Assembly: GCA_021613535.1 (NCBI GenBank)
Contig: CP075493.1
Location: 17,174,001-17,238,000 of the forward strand
DNA length: 64,000 bases
Origin: Adineta vaga
Lineage: Eukaryota > Animalia > Rotifera
Reading direction: 5' to 3'
The translations under genes and the position numbers were made by a program. The notes beneath the pieces were generated by a model that was given only the letters and a program-made list of their open reading frames with translations, was not told the DNA's origin and searched no databases. Shown here piece after piece: positions 50,922 to 62,800 of this stretch. Every line of letters starts with the position of its first letter. Position 1 is the stretch's first letter.

Positions 50922-51705
50922 ATGTTTACAATCTCTATTGCATTTTTCAGACCCTTAACACATTGTATTAAAAGCAAAAATACACAAGAGGGTCAGTGCT
51001 GCACCGCCGCATCAAATTTTATGAAAGGTGTCGAGGTGCTGAAGCTGCACTTTCATTCTTGACTTCGCGACAGAATTAAGTGAGAATGGACCAATATGAG
51101 TAGAAAAAGGGAGATGTCCGCATCCTCAAGATTTGGTATGTGCTCAAATCATAACATCAGTGAATTGATAATCGTATAAATCATTGAGAATCGATCTATT
51201 TTTTCGGAACAATAAATCAATTGTTCATAGTCTAAAGATGAATGATAGCTTCCGTTGTATTGATATCCTCTTTCTTATTAATATGTCATCGTTGTCTAAA
51301 AATTGTTCTCCATATTTCGCAGTATGCGATCTTTATAATAAAAACTAAACATTAACTCGGATCGATCAAGATCGATATGCGTATGTGTATTATTTTGATC
51401 CGCATTCTCACTCACCTTTATTCGCTTTGATTTTGTTTTTCAATATAGAAGAAACGAATGAAAAAGAAGATTGATGGAGGTCTCGTAACGTAGCCAAGGA
51501 ACAAATAAAACTGTACTGATTGAAGAATGAATCAGATAAACTGGTAAAACTCTGACGGAGTGCAAACGAAAGAAAAAAGAATTCTGTATGTTGTAACTAA
51601 TCAATATTGACGACTTCTTCTCAAACAACACAACAACAATTACACTGTTTTTCTAGCAGGGATTCATTTTTACACATTATTCGTTCGACTAGTAAACCAA
51701 TATTG

Positions 51706-54700
51706 ATGTCGCAAAAAGTTCGTTGGTCTCTTCTCACCGTACCTGTAGAAATTGTCTATCATGTTTTGGATCATCTCGATGAATTAACAATCTTATATTC
51801 GATTCGTAATGTTTGTAAGCGATTGAATACCATTACAAATACATATGATCGATACAAGGTAAACTTTATTTTTTCCATCATTAAGTTCAACTTTCAACTT
51901 CGAGACTAATCAATATCAATGAGAGCATTTTTCAATTGTTCTTTTATAACTGTAAAAGCTTTTAGCATAATTCCTGTCAGATTAAGAGAATACATCCTAT
52001 TTCTCGATGTTGCACATCGTGGTATTGATTCTGTCTAATTCCCACAATCATAAGTTCTATTCCCTTTTCAATTCATCAACCACACCAATTCCTGGAACTC
52101 AGTGATCATTGAACTATACGGTCACTTATTTACCGCAAGCAATTACAACCAACGCTGGAACGAAATTCTGGAAATATCGGTGGACAATGTGTTGCTGGGT
52201 TGCGGAGAATCTGTCATACATCCAGTTGACACTCGCTTATAAAAAGAACAGACCAGACATTACCACCTGACCTTCATATAATAGCAAAAGATAGTTAATA
52301 TCAATTGTTGATACATAAGTGATATTTAGGTTCAAGATGTTGGTAGCTATCTCTCATAATACTATCGTCTAGAATTTGATGAGTAAAAAAGAATTAAATG
52401 ATTAATAATCTTTCTTTTGCAATTTTCTAAAAGTAGAAAGAAGACAAAGACATAATCATATTGTATTTCTACTTTTCAAATAGACATTTACGACACTCGA
52501 CTTCAGTCGCAATGAAATCAAAGAACAGGGGGCTCAACGTCTCACACATGCACTGGCACGCAACACTGTAAATAAGCATTAAATAGTCATCTCCGTCATT
52601 CTCATATCTGTGTATACTTTTCAAATAGACACTCACTATAATCAATCTTAACAGCAATAAAATTGGTGATAATGGCATTGATTACCTGGTCAGAGGCCTG
52701 AAAAATAACCAAGTGATATCCAATTTACTTTTGCTATCTTTATCTAGTCAATCTCTACTTTCTTCGCAGACACTTACTATACTTAATCTTAATTACAATG
52801 ATATTCATGAACTAGGAGCACAAGATCTTGCTAATCTTCTTCTAAATAATATGGTACTTTCCTATTTACTATTGATCGCCTTGTCTATTTGTCTTATTCA
52901 TACAGACACTCATTACGCTTGAGCTTAGTGGTAATAAGATCGGTGTTGCCGGAGCACAGTATATTGCCAATGCTCTGACAAAAAATACGGTACTACATAG
53001 TTTACGATTGGTTTTTGTTGATCCTTAGATTAGTTTTTATATAGACACTTACTACACTGGATATTAGCTGTAATGAAATTCAAGACCAAGGAGCACAATA
53101 CATTGGTGCTGCACTCACAAAAAACAAGGTAGTACACAAATGACTATAGTCATCTTCATTTTGTTAGCTTTTTGTTTGCGTATAAAGACTCTGATTACAC
53201 TCCATCTTCAAAGTAACCAAATTGGAAGTCGAGGTGCACAGCAATTTGCAAATGCCTTCACAGTTAACAACGTAATATTTATATATATATATAGAATTAC
53301 AGATTGTCAGTTAGTCAAGTGTCGTATTCTTTGCAGACACTCACGATATTGAATCTAAGCTACAATGCTATCCAAGACACTGGGGCAAAACAGCTTGCCA
53401 ATGCCCTAAAAACGAATATGGTCAGTTCGAATTTATTGATGTAATTGTCTTACTAATTTACAAATTTTCCACAGGCTCTCACCACACTCGATCTTACACG
53501 AACCCAAACTGGAGAATTGGGAGCTAAAGAATTTTCTAATATTCTAACCAAGAACAAAGTAATAGACAATTGTTACTATGCATGTACTGGCTAATCATTA
53601 CCGCATCATTTTTTTGTAGACACTCGCCATACTTAAGCTTGGAGATAATCAGATTGACAGTCAAGCAGGAGTATATCTAGGTAGTGCTATGAAACATAAC
53701 AAAGTAAAAATTATTTATTAGTTAAGTTTGTATTGCCAAAGTGTGTTTTTCACATAGACACTCACGACACTTGACCTTAGCGAAAACGACATCAGAGATG
53801 CAGGAGTCATCAGTTTGGCTAGCAGTCTTACAAATAACACCGTAAATAAAACGTTTTTCTCTTAGAGATGTACAAACACATTTGTTCATCATGCATGTAT
53901 TCTACATTAAGTGAACATAAGATTAAATCATCACTAAGATATACGAATGAGATTCGTATTTACGCATGTCTTCATCTGATAATATTCTTTTGTGTTTGAA
54001 TCGTTCCCTTGTTCTCAAACAGACACTCGGCATACTCGATTTAAACAAAACTGGAATCGAAGAACAAGGTGCACAACATCTTGCCCGTGCACTGATCAAC
54101 AACACTGTAATTCATTATTCAAGTATTATTCGTCTCTATTTTTGCTCATGGTTCCTTTTCGTACGCAGACACTCACCATGCTCGATCTTGGATGGAATCG
54201 AATAAGGGACTCGGGCGCAGAATATCTCAGCCATGTTTTCGCAAACAATACGGTATTGTACAGATTTCTCATAATCCTAGTCCACGTTTTTTGTTCAGGC
54301 ACTGACTTCGCTCAATCTAGAGAATAACGAAATCGGAAATCAAGGAGCACAATGTCTCGCGAATGCTTTGGTCAATAATAAGGTAAAATAATATGATTTA
54401 CTTACTTTTATCTTTGTCAATATTCTGGCAAACTTTTTAAACAGACACTTGTTTCACTTAACCTTTCGGTAAATAAAATCGGAGATCAAGCTGTACAACA
54501 GCTTGCTATCGTTCTAACAAATAATAACGTAAAATACTATCCACTATTGTTTGCCATTGTGACCACGTTAATTTTCCACTTTCCCCCTAGACACTTACTA
54601 CTCTCGATCTTTGTCAAAATCAAATTAGAGACGATGGCGTACGATATCTTGCCCAAGCTCTCACAAATAATACGGTAAAACATGATCTATTCTTCTCTTC

Positions 54701-55126
54701 GTCTCATCCATCTCGCCTTGTATACATAGACATTGACCTTACTCGATTTAAGACATAATCAAATAGGTAATGATGGTGCACAACATCTCGCCAATGTTCT
54801 CAAAACCAACCGAGTAAGAGAAAGTTCATTAGTTATCTTCCTTGTACGACTCGATATACTTTTACATAGACACTGACCAAACTTAATCTTCAATATAATT
54901 GTATAAGAGAAGAAGGAGCAGCACGTTTTGCAAGAGTTCTCGCGGACTCCACAGTAATCATTGTTTTTAGCATTTTCTTTCTACTTTTTCGTTCTTATCT
55001 TCTCTACATATATAGACAGTAGCAACGGTCTATCTTCGTTGGAATAATTTTGGACAAGAAGTACGACCACGATTATGGAAGCTGGCAAACGACAATGAAC
55101 GATTAGCACTGTCAGCTATAATGTAA
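51706..55126 (+). CDS. F-box + ribonuclease-inhibitor-type LRR protein (NLRC3-like repeats), about 19 exons
   Basis: Exon 1 is an F-box (LLTVPVEIVYHVLDHL..RNVCKRLN). It is followed by 17 phase-0 exons of about 84 nt between 52483 and 54953, each T-L-x-x-L-x-L-x-x-N-x-I-x-x-x-G-A-x-x-L-A-x-x-L-x-x-N, and a terminal exon at about 55016-55126. Confidence 0.9.
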
Positions 55127-55335
55127 CGAACATGTATTCGTTATTGAAGGACAAGTTTTTGGACGTTATGAAATGATTTTTCATAGGTTAATTAGAAAAT
55201 ATTTAATTGATAAACTCTTGAGAATGAATATGTAACAATGTTGATTTTATAGTATCCCCACTCTCACACCCATCACATCCTGAAAATGGCTGCTGTAGCA
55301 ATGATGAATTGAGTCTTGTGCGGAGTTTAGTTGTA

Positions 55336-55392
55336 ATCTTGGGTGAGTGTGGGTAATACTCGTCTTTTCACTCATACCCACACTCACACCCT
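55336..55392. repeat. Inverted telomeric cassette
   Basis: ATCTTGGGTGAGTGTGGGT-spacer-ATACCCACACTCACACCCT. It is followed by a lone hAT-like end (..CCTGGCTACGCCATTG at about 55461-55477). Confidence 0.8.
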
Positions 55393-55547
55393 TTGTCAAG
55401 TTAAACATCTTTTGCCTATCGACAAAAATTTCTCTCGAAATTAGTCGTTTGTCGGGAAATCCTGGCTACGCCATTGTTCTAATGTGAGAGAGAGGGATTC
55501 AGTATTATGTCTTCAAATTCTTTTGTAAAAATAGTAAAATATATTTA

Positions 55548-55612
55548 AGGGTGGGTGTGGGTGTGCATATTTTCTTTCATTACCTTCACCTACACCCACA
55601 CATATCAAATAC
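55548..55612. repeat. Inverted telomeric cassette
   Basis: AGGGTGGGTGTGGGTGTG-spacer-CACCTACACCCACACA. Confidence 0.8.
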
Positions 55613-56126
55613 ATAAAAAGTGTTTCTTTTTATTTTTTTGTCTCTTCAAACACACTTATATGGATATGCACTTTAAAAAAGATAATAAAAGATCCTTTTC
55701 TCGTTTTTATTCATTTTCAAGAAAGATTACTTCACGAGAAGAATGCTATTAACTTTTTAAGGGAAAGTAACACAGACTTCTTCTGTATATGAAAAATCGA
55801 CGATATTTTTCTATGAAACTATAGCTTTTATCATACTTTTTACCATTTCGCATTGCTTGGACACCTATTGAATAGATGCAATGTAGAAAACTGAATTGAA
55901 TATGTGAATTTCGAAACCTTTGAAGTGGTCAAGATAATGAAAGATAGGTTTCTTTAACGTTTTTAGAGGTTTTTTAAAGTTCAGTAGTAGAATGTTTCTA
56001 TAACATTCATTATTTAATAGTGATAGACTCATTTTCCGATGTACTCTGATTTGATTGAGAATATTTTGAAGATCATTTATAATTGAAGTTGTAGAGAGAA
56101 TGTAATAGTTTATTGATATTCCGTAG

Positions 56127-58017
56127 TTAACGAATCCATAACTTAACAAAGGCTTCACAGCAATCATAGTCTGCTACTTTAATTGTGAATGGTAGAGTCG
56201 ATTTCAACCATACGACAAGATCAGGACATCTTCTTCGTGATGAGAAAGAATAGACGTATTGTTCTTCGTAACTTTGTACCATTAATAGTCGAAGATTGGT
56301 CATTTTGTTAATAAGCTCAATTATACATTCCTTGTTCTGAACATTGATGGTCAGTACTTCACATTGTTTGTTCAATGGCGAATGACTCAATTCAGTGCAT
56401 TGTTGAAGATTAAAAAATATGCCATCAGTAAGTGAAACAACTTTGGGCAAATTGAGATGATGATTCGATAGATATTTTAAATCAACTAGAAAATATTTTA
56501 AAGTTGTCTTCGAAGAATCTGTAATATGCAATGAATGTAGATTTGGTGTTTGTTTGAGTAAGATTCTTAAATCAGATTGATTTGTGTAGTCAGCAGTCAG
56601 TTGAACATCAAGTGAAGTTAATTGATCAAGCTGTGGGATAAACTTGGAAAAGTGCTTATCGAATGGAAGTCTTACATGAACTTCAGAAGTATTGGTTAAA
56701 TTCGAAATCTGACGTGCAATATCGAAAGAAGGACTCAACGCTGTTTGTTTTAAATCTTCTCTCCCATTGAAATTCAATCGAAATATATTCATAATTCTTT
56801 TACCATAGTCAATTGTATCCAAATTGTCTGAATTTGAGAGTTTTATTGGAGAGTAAATTTTTATAAAAGAATCATGAACAGATTTAGACAGCCAGTAATC
56901 ATTTTCATAGGGACAAGTTGATGCAGACCAAAGACAATCACTCAGAGCCATTGAAGAAATTGAAAAGTAAGGTAAAGTATAATATAAAATGTAATATCGC
57001 CCTTGAATATCTGATTTCAAATGACATTGAATAAACCATTGGTCTTTTTCAAGCCAAAACTGACTTTGAAATGAGCGTAGATGATCATTCACTAACTCTT
57101 TTAATTTTTCTAATCCAATCCAATAAATGGCCATTGTACATCGAAATATTTTCAGTTTAGGTAAATCATTATTAATAATATTTTCCCATTGATATCCATC
57201 CATGAACATGGATAATGATTTGACTGTTAAGCAACATAAATTAGGTACTTTTTGTAAAAACATCTTTAGTGTATGTGTCCCACCTGTCCTAAAAGGAATC
57301 GAATTTCAATGTAACTAGCGAAGGAAGAATTGGTATAGAATTAAATTCACTCCCAAAATCTGAATAAATATGGAGATACCGAAGATGAGATGTGTAGTGC
57401 AACATCTTAGATAATAAATTCTTATTTATAGAATTGAAATTGTCAATAGATAAATATTTAATAGACGACGAATTCACTGATGGACAAAGCTGTTGATTTC
57501 TTTTACAAACTCTTGGAGTAAGATAAAAATTTATTAATGTTGACATATTCCATATTTTGTCAATTAGACTTTGATTGACATTATCATTTGACGATAAACA
57601 ACAATCAATTAATTTAATATGAATGAGACGACGAAGATAACTACATTCTAGGACTATTTTTCTCATAATCTTTTCTGAATGAATATGATATAATGAAAGT
57701 GATTGTAAATTAATAAATTGACAAAAACGAAAATTATAATAACGGAAAAAGTCGATTTGGAATGGAGTTTCATTACCATTTGACACAATAATAGAAGTAA
57801 TCTGATTAACCATTTTTGATAGCTCTGATTGAAAAAAGATGTGGGAATCATTGAATGATATGAAACGAAGATCAAGACGACGAGACATTTGTAGATAGGT
57901 AAAAATGAGTTGGTTTAAACGTGAATTAAGAGATTGAAAGGAACGTAAAATGTGGTCCCTACTAAGATAATTAAAAATATCAAATAACAATTCATTAGCT
58001 AATAACTCTAATTTCAT
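56127..58017 (-). pseudogene. F-box/LRR-like protein gene with a single frameshift
   Basis: MKLELLANELLFDIFNYL..FQSLNSRLN (F-box-like), then FLQKVPNL..L..MDGYQWE..LPKLKIF..FWL. The two ORFs are offset by one base at a T-run near 57290 (a real mutation or an assembly error). Confidence 0.75.
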
Positions 58018-58293
58018 TGTTATTTTTGATCAGATGGGTGGTATACAGTCGGAAGTGAAAATAAAAGCATCGACTAGTAATGAAAGTCCTTTTATTTCTC
58101 TTTTTCTTCTCTTCTCCTTCTATTTTCCACATCGTTTTTCTGTTCACTCACGTCAGTTAATACGTTGACAAAACTATAATCATGATTTTTCTTTCTCGTT
58201 CAGTTAATAAATAAAATATCCCTTTGAAGATTCGGAAATCATCTAACTATGAAGATGTATGAATTTTTCTTAACTAATTCACAAGTGATGCAC

Positions 58294-58331
58294 GGGTGTG
58301 GGTGTGAGGGTTGTTTTGATACACCCACCCC
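58294..58331. repeat. Inverted telomeric cassette
   Basis: GGGTGTGGGTGTGAGGG-TTGTTTTGAT-ACACCCACCCC. Confidence 0.8.
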
Positions 58332-59019
58332 GACTATTTAGTTGGTCGCTATCCTTCACTATTTGAATTTGAACTCAGTAGTGTCCAAAAACAAATTCGA
58401 ATCAAAACGACAGGAGAAATTTATCCCATTCACTCGAATGATCCATTAAAATATGCTGCATTTCTCATTCAAGATGATATAGCACTGATGATAGAAGGAG
58501 ATGATGGACAATATTATCTCAAAGCTGGTACCATTCCTCTGGCTGGTTTCTGGCGTTTAGAAAATAAATTCCATATGTCTCTCACTGAAATTCATACATT
58601 GGGTAATGTACCAAAATTTCGAGAGAAATTACAGTTGAGCATGGAACGATTCTTTCAAAAAATGGTGTCCGAAAATAATTATTCTATTCAAACAGATGGA
58701 GAATTAGCTTGGTCAAGTTCAATTGGCTCTGAAGATGCATTTTCGTAGTGAGCGACAAGTACTTCGACGTTTGCCGCATAGTGGAGCTATTCTTTTCATA
58801 GTTCACACTTATTTTCTTCCTGTGATCGATATTGCTCAAGAACCAGGTATTCCTGGACGATTAGCTTCAGCTCTACGCAGTTGGGCAGATGAAGTCGTAC
58901 GTCATAAAGGAAGAAAAGTCTACGAAGACGTTCTCTTGAAATATCTCGATGAAAAACATGCAGAACAATGTACCAACAGTTTTGGATCAACTAATTCAAA
59001 TTACGACAATAATAATTAA
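58332..59019 (+). pseudogene. DUF3445 / heme-dependent oxidative N-demethylase alpha-like gene, fungal-type, 5'-truncated
   Basis: DYLVGRYPSLF..DPLKYAAFLIQDDIALMIEGDDGQYYL..GFWRL..KF.MSL.EIH..VP..KL..SMERFF, then HFRSERQVLRRLPHSGAILF..HTY. The frame starts at the cassette edge and has an internal frameshifting deletion at about 58740. Confidence 0.8.
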
Positions 59020-59896
59020 CATAAATAAACACTCTCAATAGGATTGTTAAAAGATGACTATTAGCATGAAATCTAAAATATATTTGCTTCCTTTATGAAG
59101 GATGCATTGTTCAGAGTAGCTAGTCGTTCGTCGGCGTCCCGTTGGATCGGCTCTCACTCATAGATACGTGGCACTTGTTGTTACTTCAAAGAGATTATTT
59201 TTCTATGCTACATATATAATTCCTGTGAAAGATTTATAAAACACTTAGATGAATCGTTTGAAAGCATATTCAATATGTTCATGGTTAGATAAAAAAATCT
59301 CAAGTTTATAGTGCTTGTAAAAAAAACAATATTCTTTCATAGAACGGTTAGCTCAAAACTTCCATTTATTAAAGGTAACAGAGCTTTTTTTACAGGATCA
59401 CATCGTTATATAAGAGATTTGATTTGATGTTATAATCGTTCAACAGACTTTGTTTGTTTTTTTTCACTTCAATGTATAGATTGTCATCTATTTTCTTCTT
59501 TTTCGCAGTTTACAGCGTCACAAAAAAACGTAACAGATGTCGTCAAATACGATTTTTATTTATAAAACATATGAATTGGTTACTCCTGAAAGACTCATTG
59601 ATCATTTTAGGTGTTATAAGAAAAATTTGTTTCGAAACATTTTATTCAAACCTAAATATCATTGCCATATGTGACAGTTTATAGTAAGTTAAGGAAAATA
59701 AAAGAAAAATGAATATTCTCTTATCTTTAACCGTTCTCAATGTATCTTTTGTAGAACCTTATGGCGATTTAAAACGTTTTTTTTCTTCTAAATCATGACT
59801 ATAAATATTATTTGAAAAAATTTGTTACAGTATTTTATCAGTGTCTAGTTTTTCCAAACAGTAAGTGAATTTTAGATCTATATTATTAAAAAAGTA

Positions 59897-62800
59897 ATGT
59901 CATTGAACATTAACTTTCGCAGACATCTGACACTACTTAGATCTTATCTACGCGAATTGAATCTATTTCAAAGTGGTATCACAAATGAATCTGTCATACG
60001 AAATGAACGTCGATCAACCCATCTCTATTTGATTCTTTCAATCATATCATTTATTATTATAGCATTCTACTATTCTATCGAATCTCGTGAAAACACGATT
60101 GTAATCAAATCGCCTTCATTCGTCAAATATTCAAGTCTAACTAAAGAAGTATCCTTGCAATGTCCTTGCACAACACTGGCGGTGAAGTACAAACAATTCG
60201 TTGCCATTGAGCCTGTATATCATGAATTATGTCAAAGTGACTTTATTGCTGAAAGATTTTTACAACAATTATTGGCTCTGTACAAGAAAACTTGGAATAA
60301 CTCAATTCAAACTGATTTTCATCGAATAGCCATATTTCAATTTAAAACACTTGGTATATTTTGTCAATTGGTACAAGAAACAATCAAACATGCAGTTGAA
60401 ACATTTCTGCAAACAGATTTTATTCAATCACATTTGCTTGCACAAGATTTTTTTCAAAATCATATTGAACTGTTATTAAGAGATTTTGTCGAATTGACTC
60501 CAAAAACATTTTTGAGAACATTAACATTTACTCAAGATATAACTGCACAAAATTTATTCATGACTGGTGCCTCAATAACAAGCGTCTTATCTTTTAGTAG
60601 ACGCAATCCAACTTTTAATGACTTTGGAAATTTACCATTTCATGGAATAAATTATATATTCTCAGATAACTCTTCATGTCAATGTACAAGTTCAACTGCT
60701 AACACTTGTATGGGTTTAGCAACATTCAAGAATGATTCTGTACGTGGTTTTTACACAGGCTGTTATATGGTCAGTGCACTTCTTAAATCAACACTCGAAA
60801 TACTTTACAATCAAACTATGATTGATAGTCTCACTAACTCATCGAACATTTTTCAAAAACTAAATTCATCTGCTTCAAATTCGACAATAAAAACATTATT
60901 AACTCGAATGTTTATTATTCATTGGTCTAATAAAACATCTTTTGAACAATATTTTAATAATTGTGCATCAACTTCATGTCAATATACAATCATTCAAGGT
61001 AACAGTTTCTTATTGATTGTAACATTATTAATTGGTCTGTATGGTGGTTTATCGTCCGTTCTAACTATTATTTGTCCTATTATTATTAAAACAATATGGC
61101 CATTTATTCGAAAACTTATTGTCAGACGACGAAAAACAATTGCTACACAAAATACAAACAATGGAATTAGTAGAGGTAAATATAAATTTCACATTAAGTG
61201 TATAGACGGTTCAAAGATTAGTTATAGTCGTTATCATGAAAAATGTTTAAAATAATCTTTATAGAAATTGAACAACATCACAAAAAATTGTTCCATTCTA
61301 TTTTTCAGAAACTTCCGTCAATGATCGTATAAAACAATTTTTTCAAGTTCTGAAACAAAAATTGATCGAATTAAATCTATTCAAAAGTATTCCTCCAACA
61401 GACGATATCAATATTCTTCAACAACAATACATTACTACACGACTTTATCTAATCTGTGTACTTTTAGCTGTAATTATTCTTACTGTTTTTACATCAATGA
61501 GATTACCGAAAATTCGTGTTACTATTCGATCACCCTCATTAGAAGATTTTATTTATCTTTATGATCAGTATCAATTATCACTCAACTGTCCATGCAATCA
61601 AATATCAATAGAAAATCGATTAATTTCAAATATCATGCCACATTATCATGAAGTTTGTTCCAGTAAATTTGTCACTTCTGCTTGGATCAACATTCAGTTT
61701 GTTCAAAATTCATCGAAACTATTATATACACATGATATTCGTTATCATTCTCAATTTTATTTTCAACTTTTATCAACATTATGTCGCATAGCAAATCAAA
61801 CAGTTTATGATTCTCTAGAATCATTCTATCAAACTAAATTTATCTCAAATCAAGCGCTTAATTCTCAAACATTTGAAACACGTATAAATATACTCGTAGA
61901 ACAATTCAAAAAAACAGTACCTGAGTCATTTGAACGCTCGTTGAATTTATTAACAACAAACTTTGAAATCAATCAATTCGTTTCATCCATGAACTCAATC
62001 GTCGCAAAATATGATCTAACAGTCAATGGCACATATATTCCTCAATTGGAAATGTATATATACTATTGGTATAAGAAATCCAAATGTAATCCAAATGAAC
62101 TAGTCGGATTGCACGACTGCTTGTGTATACCTATGGGATTTGATGAATGTCGTCGAGAAATCGTGATCAGTGAAGGTGAGACAACACATGTTATTCCAGG
62201 CATGTTTCAAGGATGGTTTCCTTTACAGTCACTTCTTATGTCAACATTGGAGTGTTTTTATAATCAAACATGTTTTCTTCAGATCACAGAATTTATTAAT
62301 TCAACAGTATCATCAACCAATTTTTCTATCTTGAAAGAACCATCATTCTTATCGACTAACGGTAAATATCAACAAATTGGTTCATTAGCTAACAATCTCT
62401 TTATCCAATCGTGGAAGAATAATAGTTCATTTCAATCCTATTTCAATCAATGTCAACCTGTAGAATGTTCATATACTTACACAAGTCGATCAAGTCTTAT
62501 TTCTATGATAACAACGACAATTAGCTTGATTGGTGGTTTCAATACTGCTCTACGTTTATTCCTTCCATTTATCGTTCAATTGGTGACTAAAATTTGGAAA
62601 TATTTCCAGCAACGACGAAGTAATATTATCATAGAACAAGAGACAAATTATTCAAGAATAAGTATGAAACTCTATTTTCAATTATTATATAATAAAATCA
62701 TCTATTGAAGGATTTTGTGATTATTTTCGTAATCTTGTTGCATCTGGCAAACGAAAGATCGTACAATTAAATCTTTTCCCTACAATTCCAAGATCAAACG

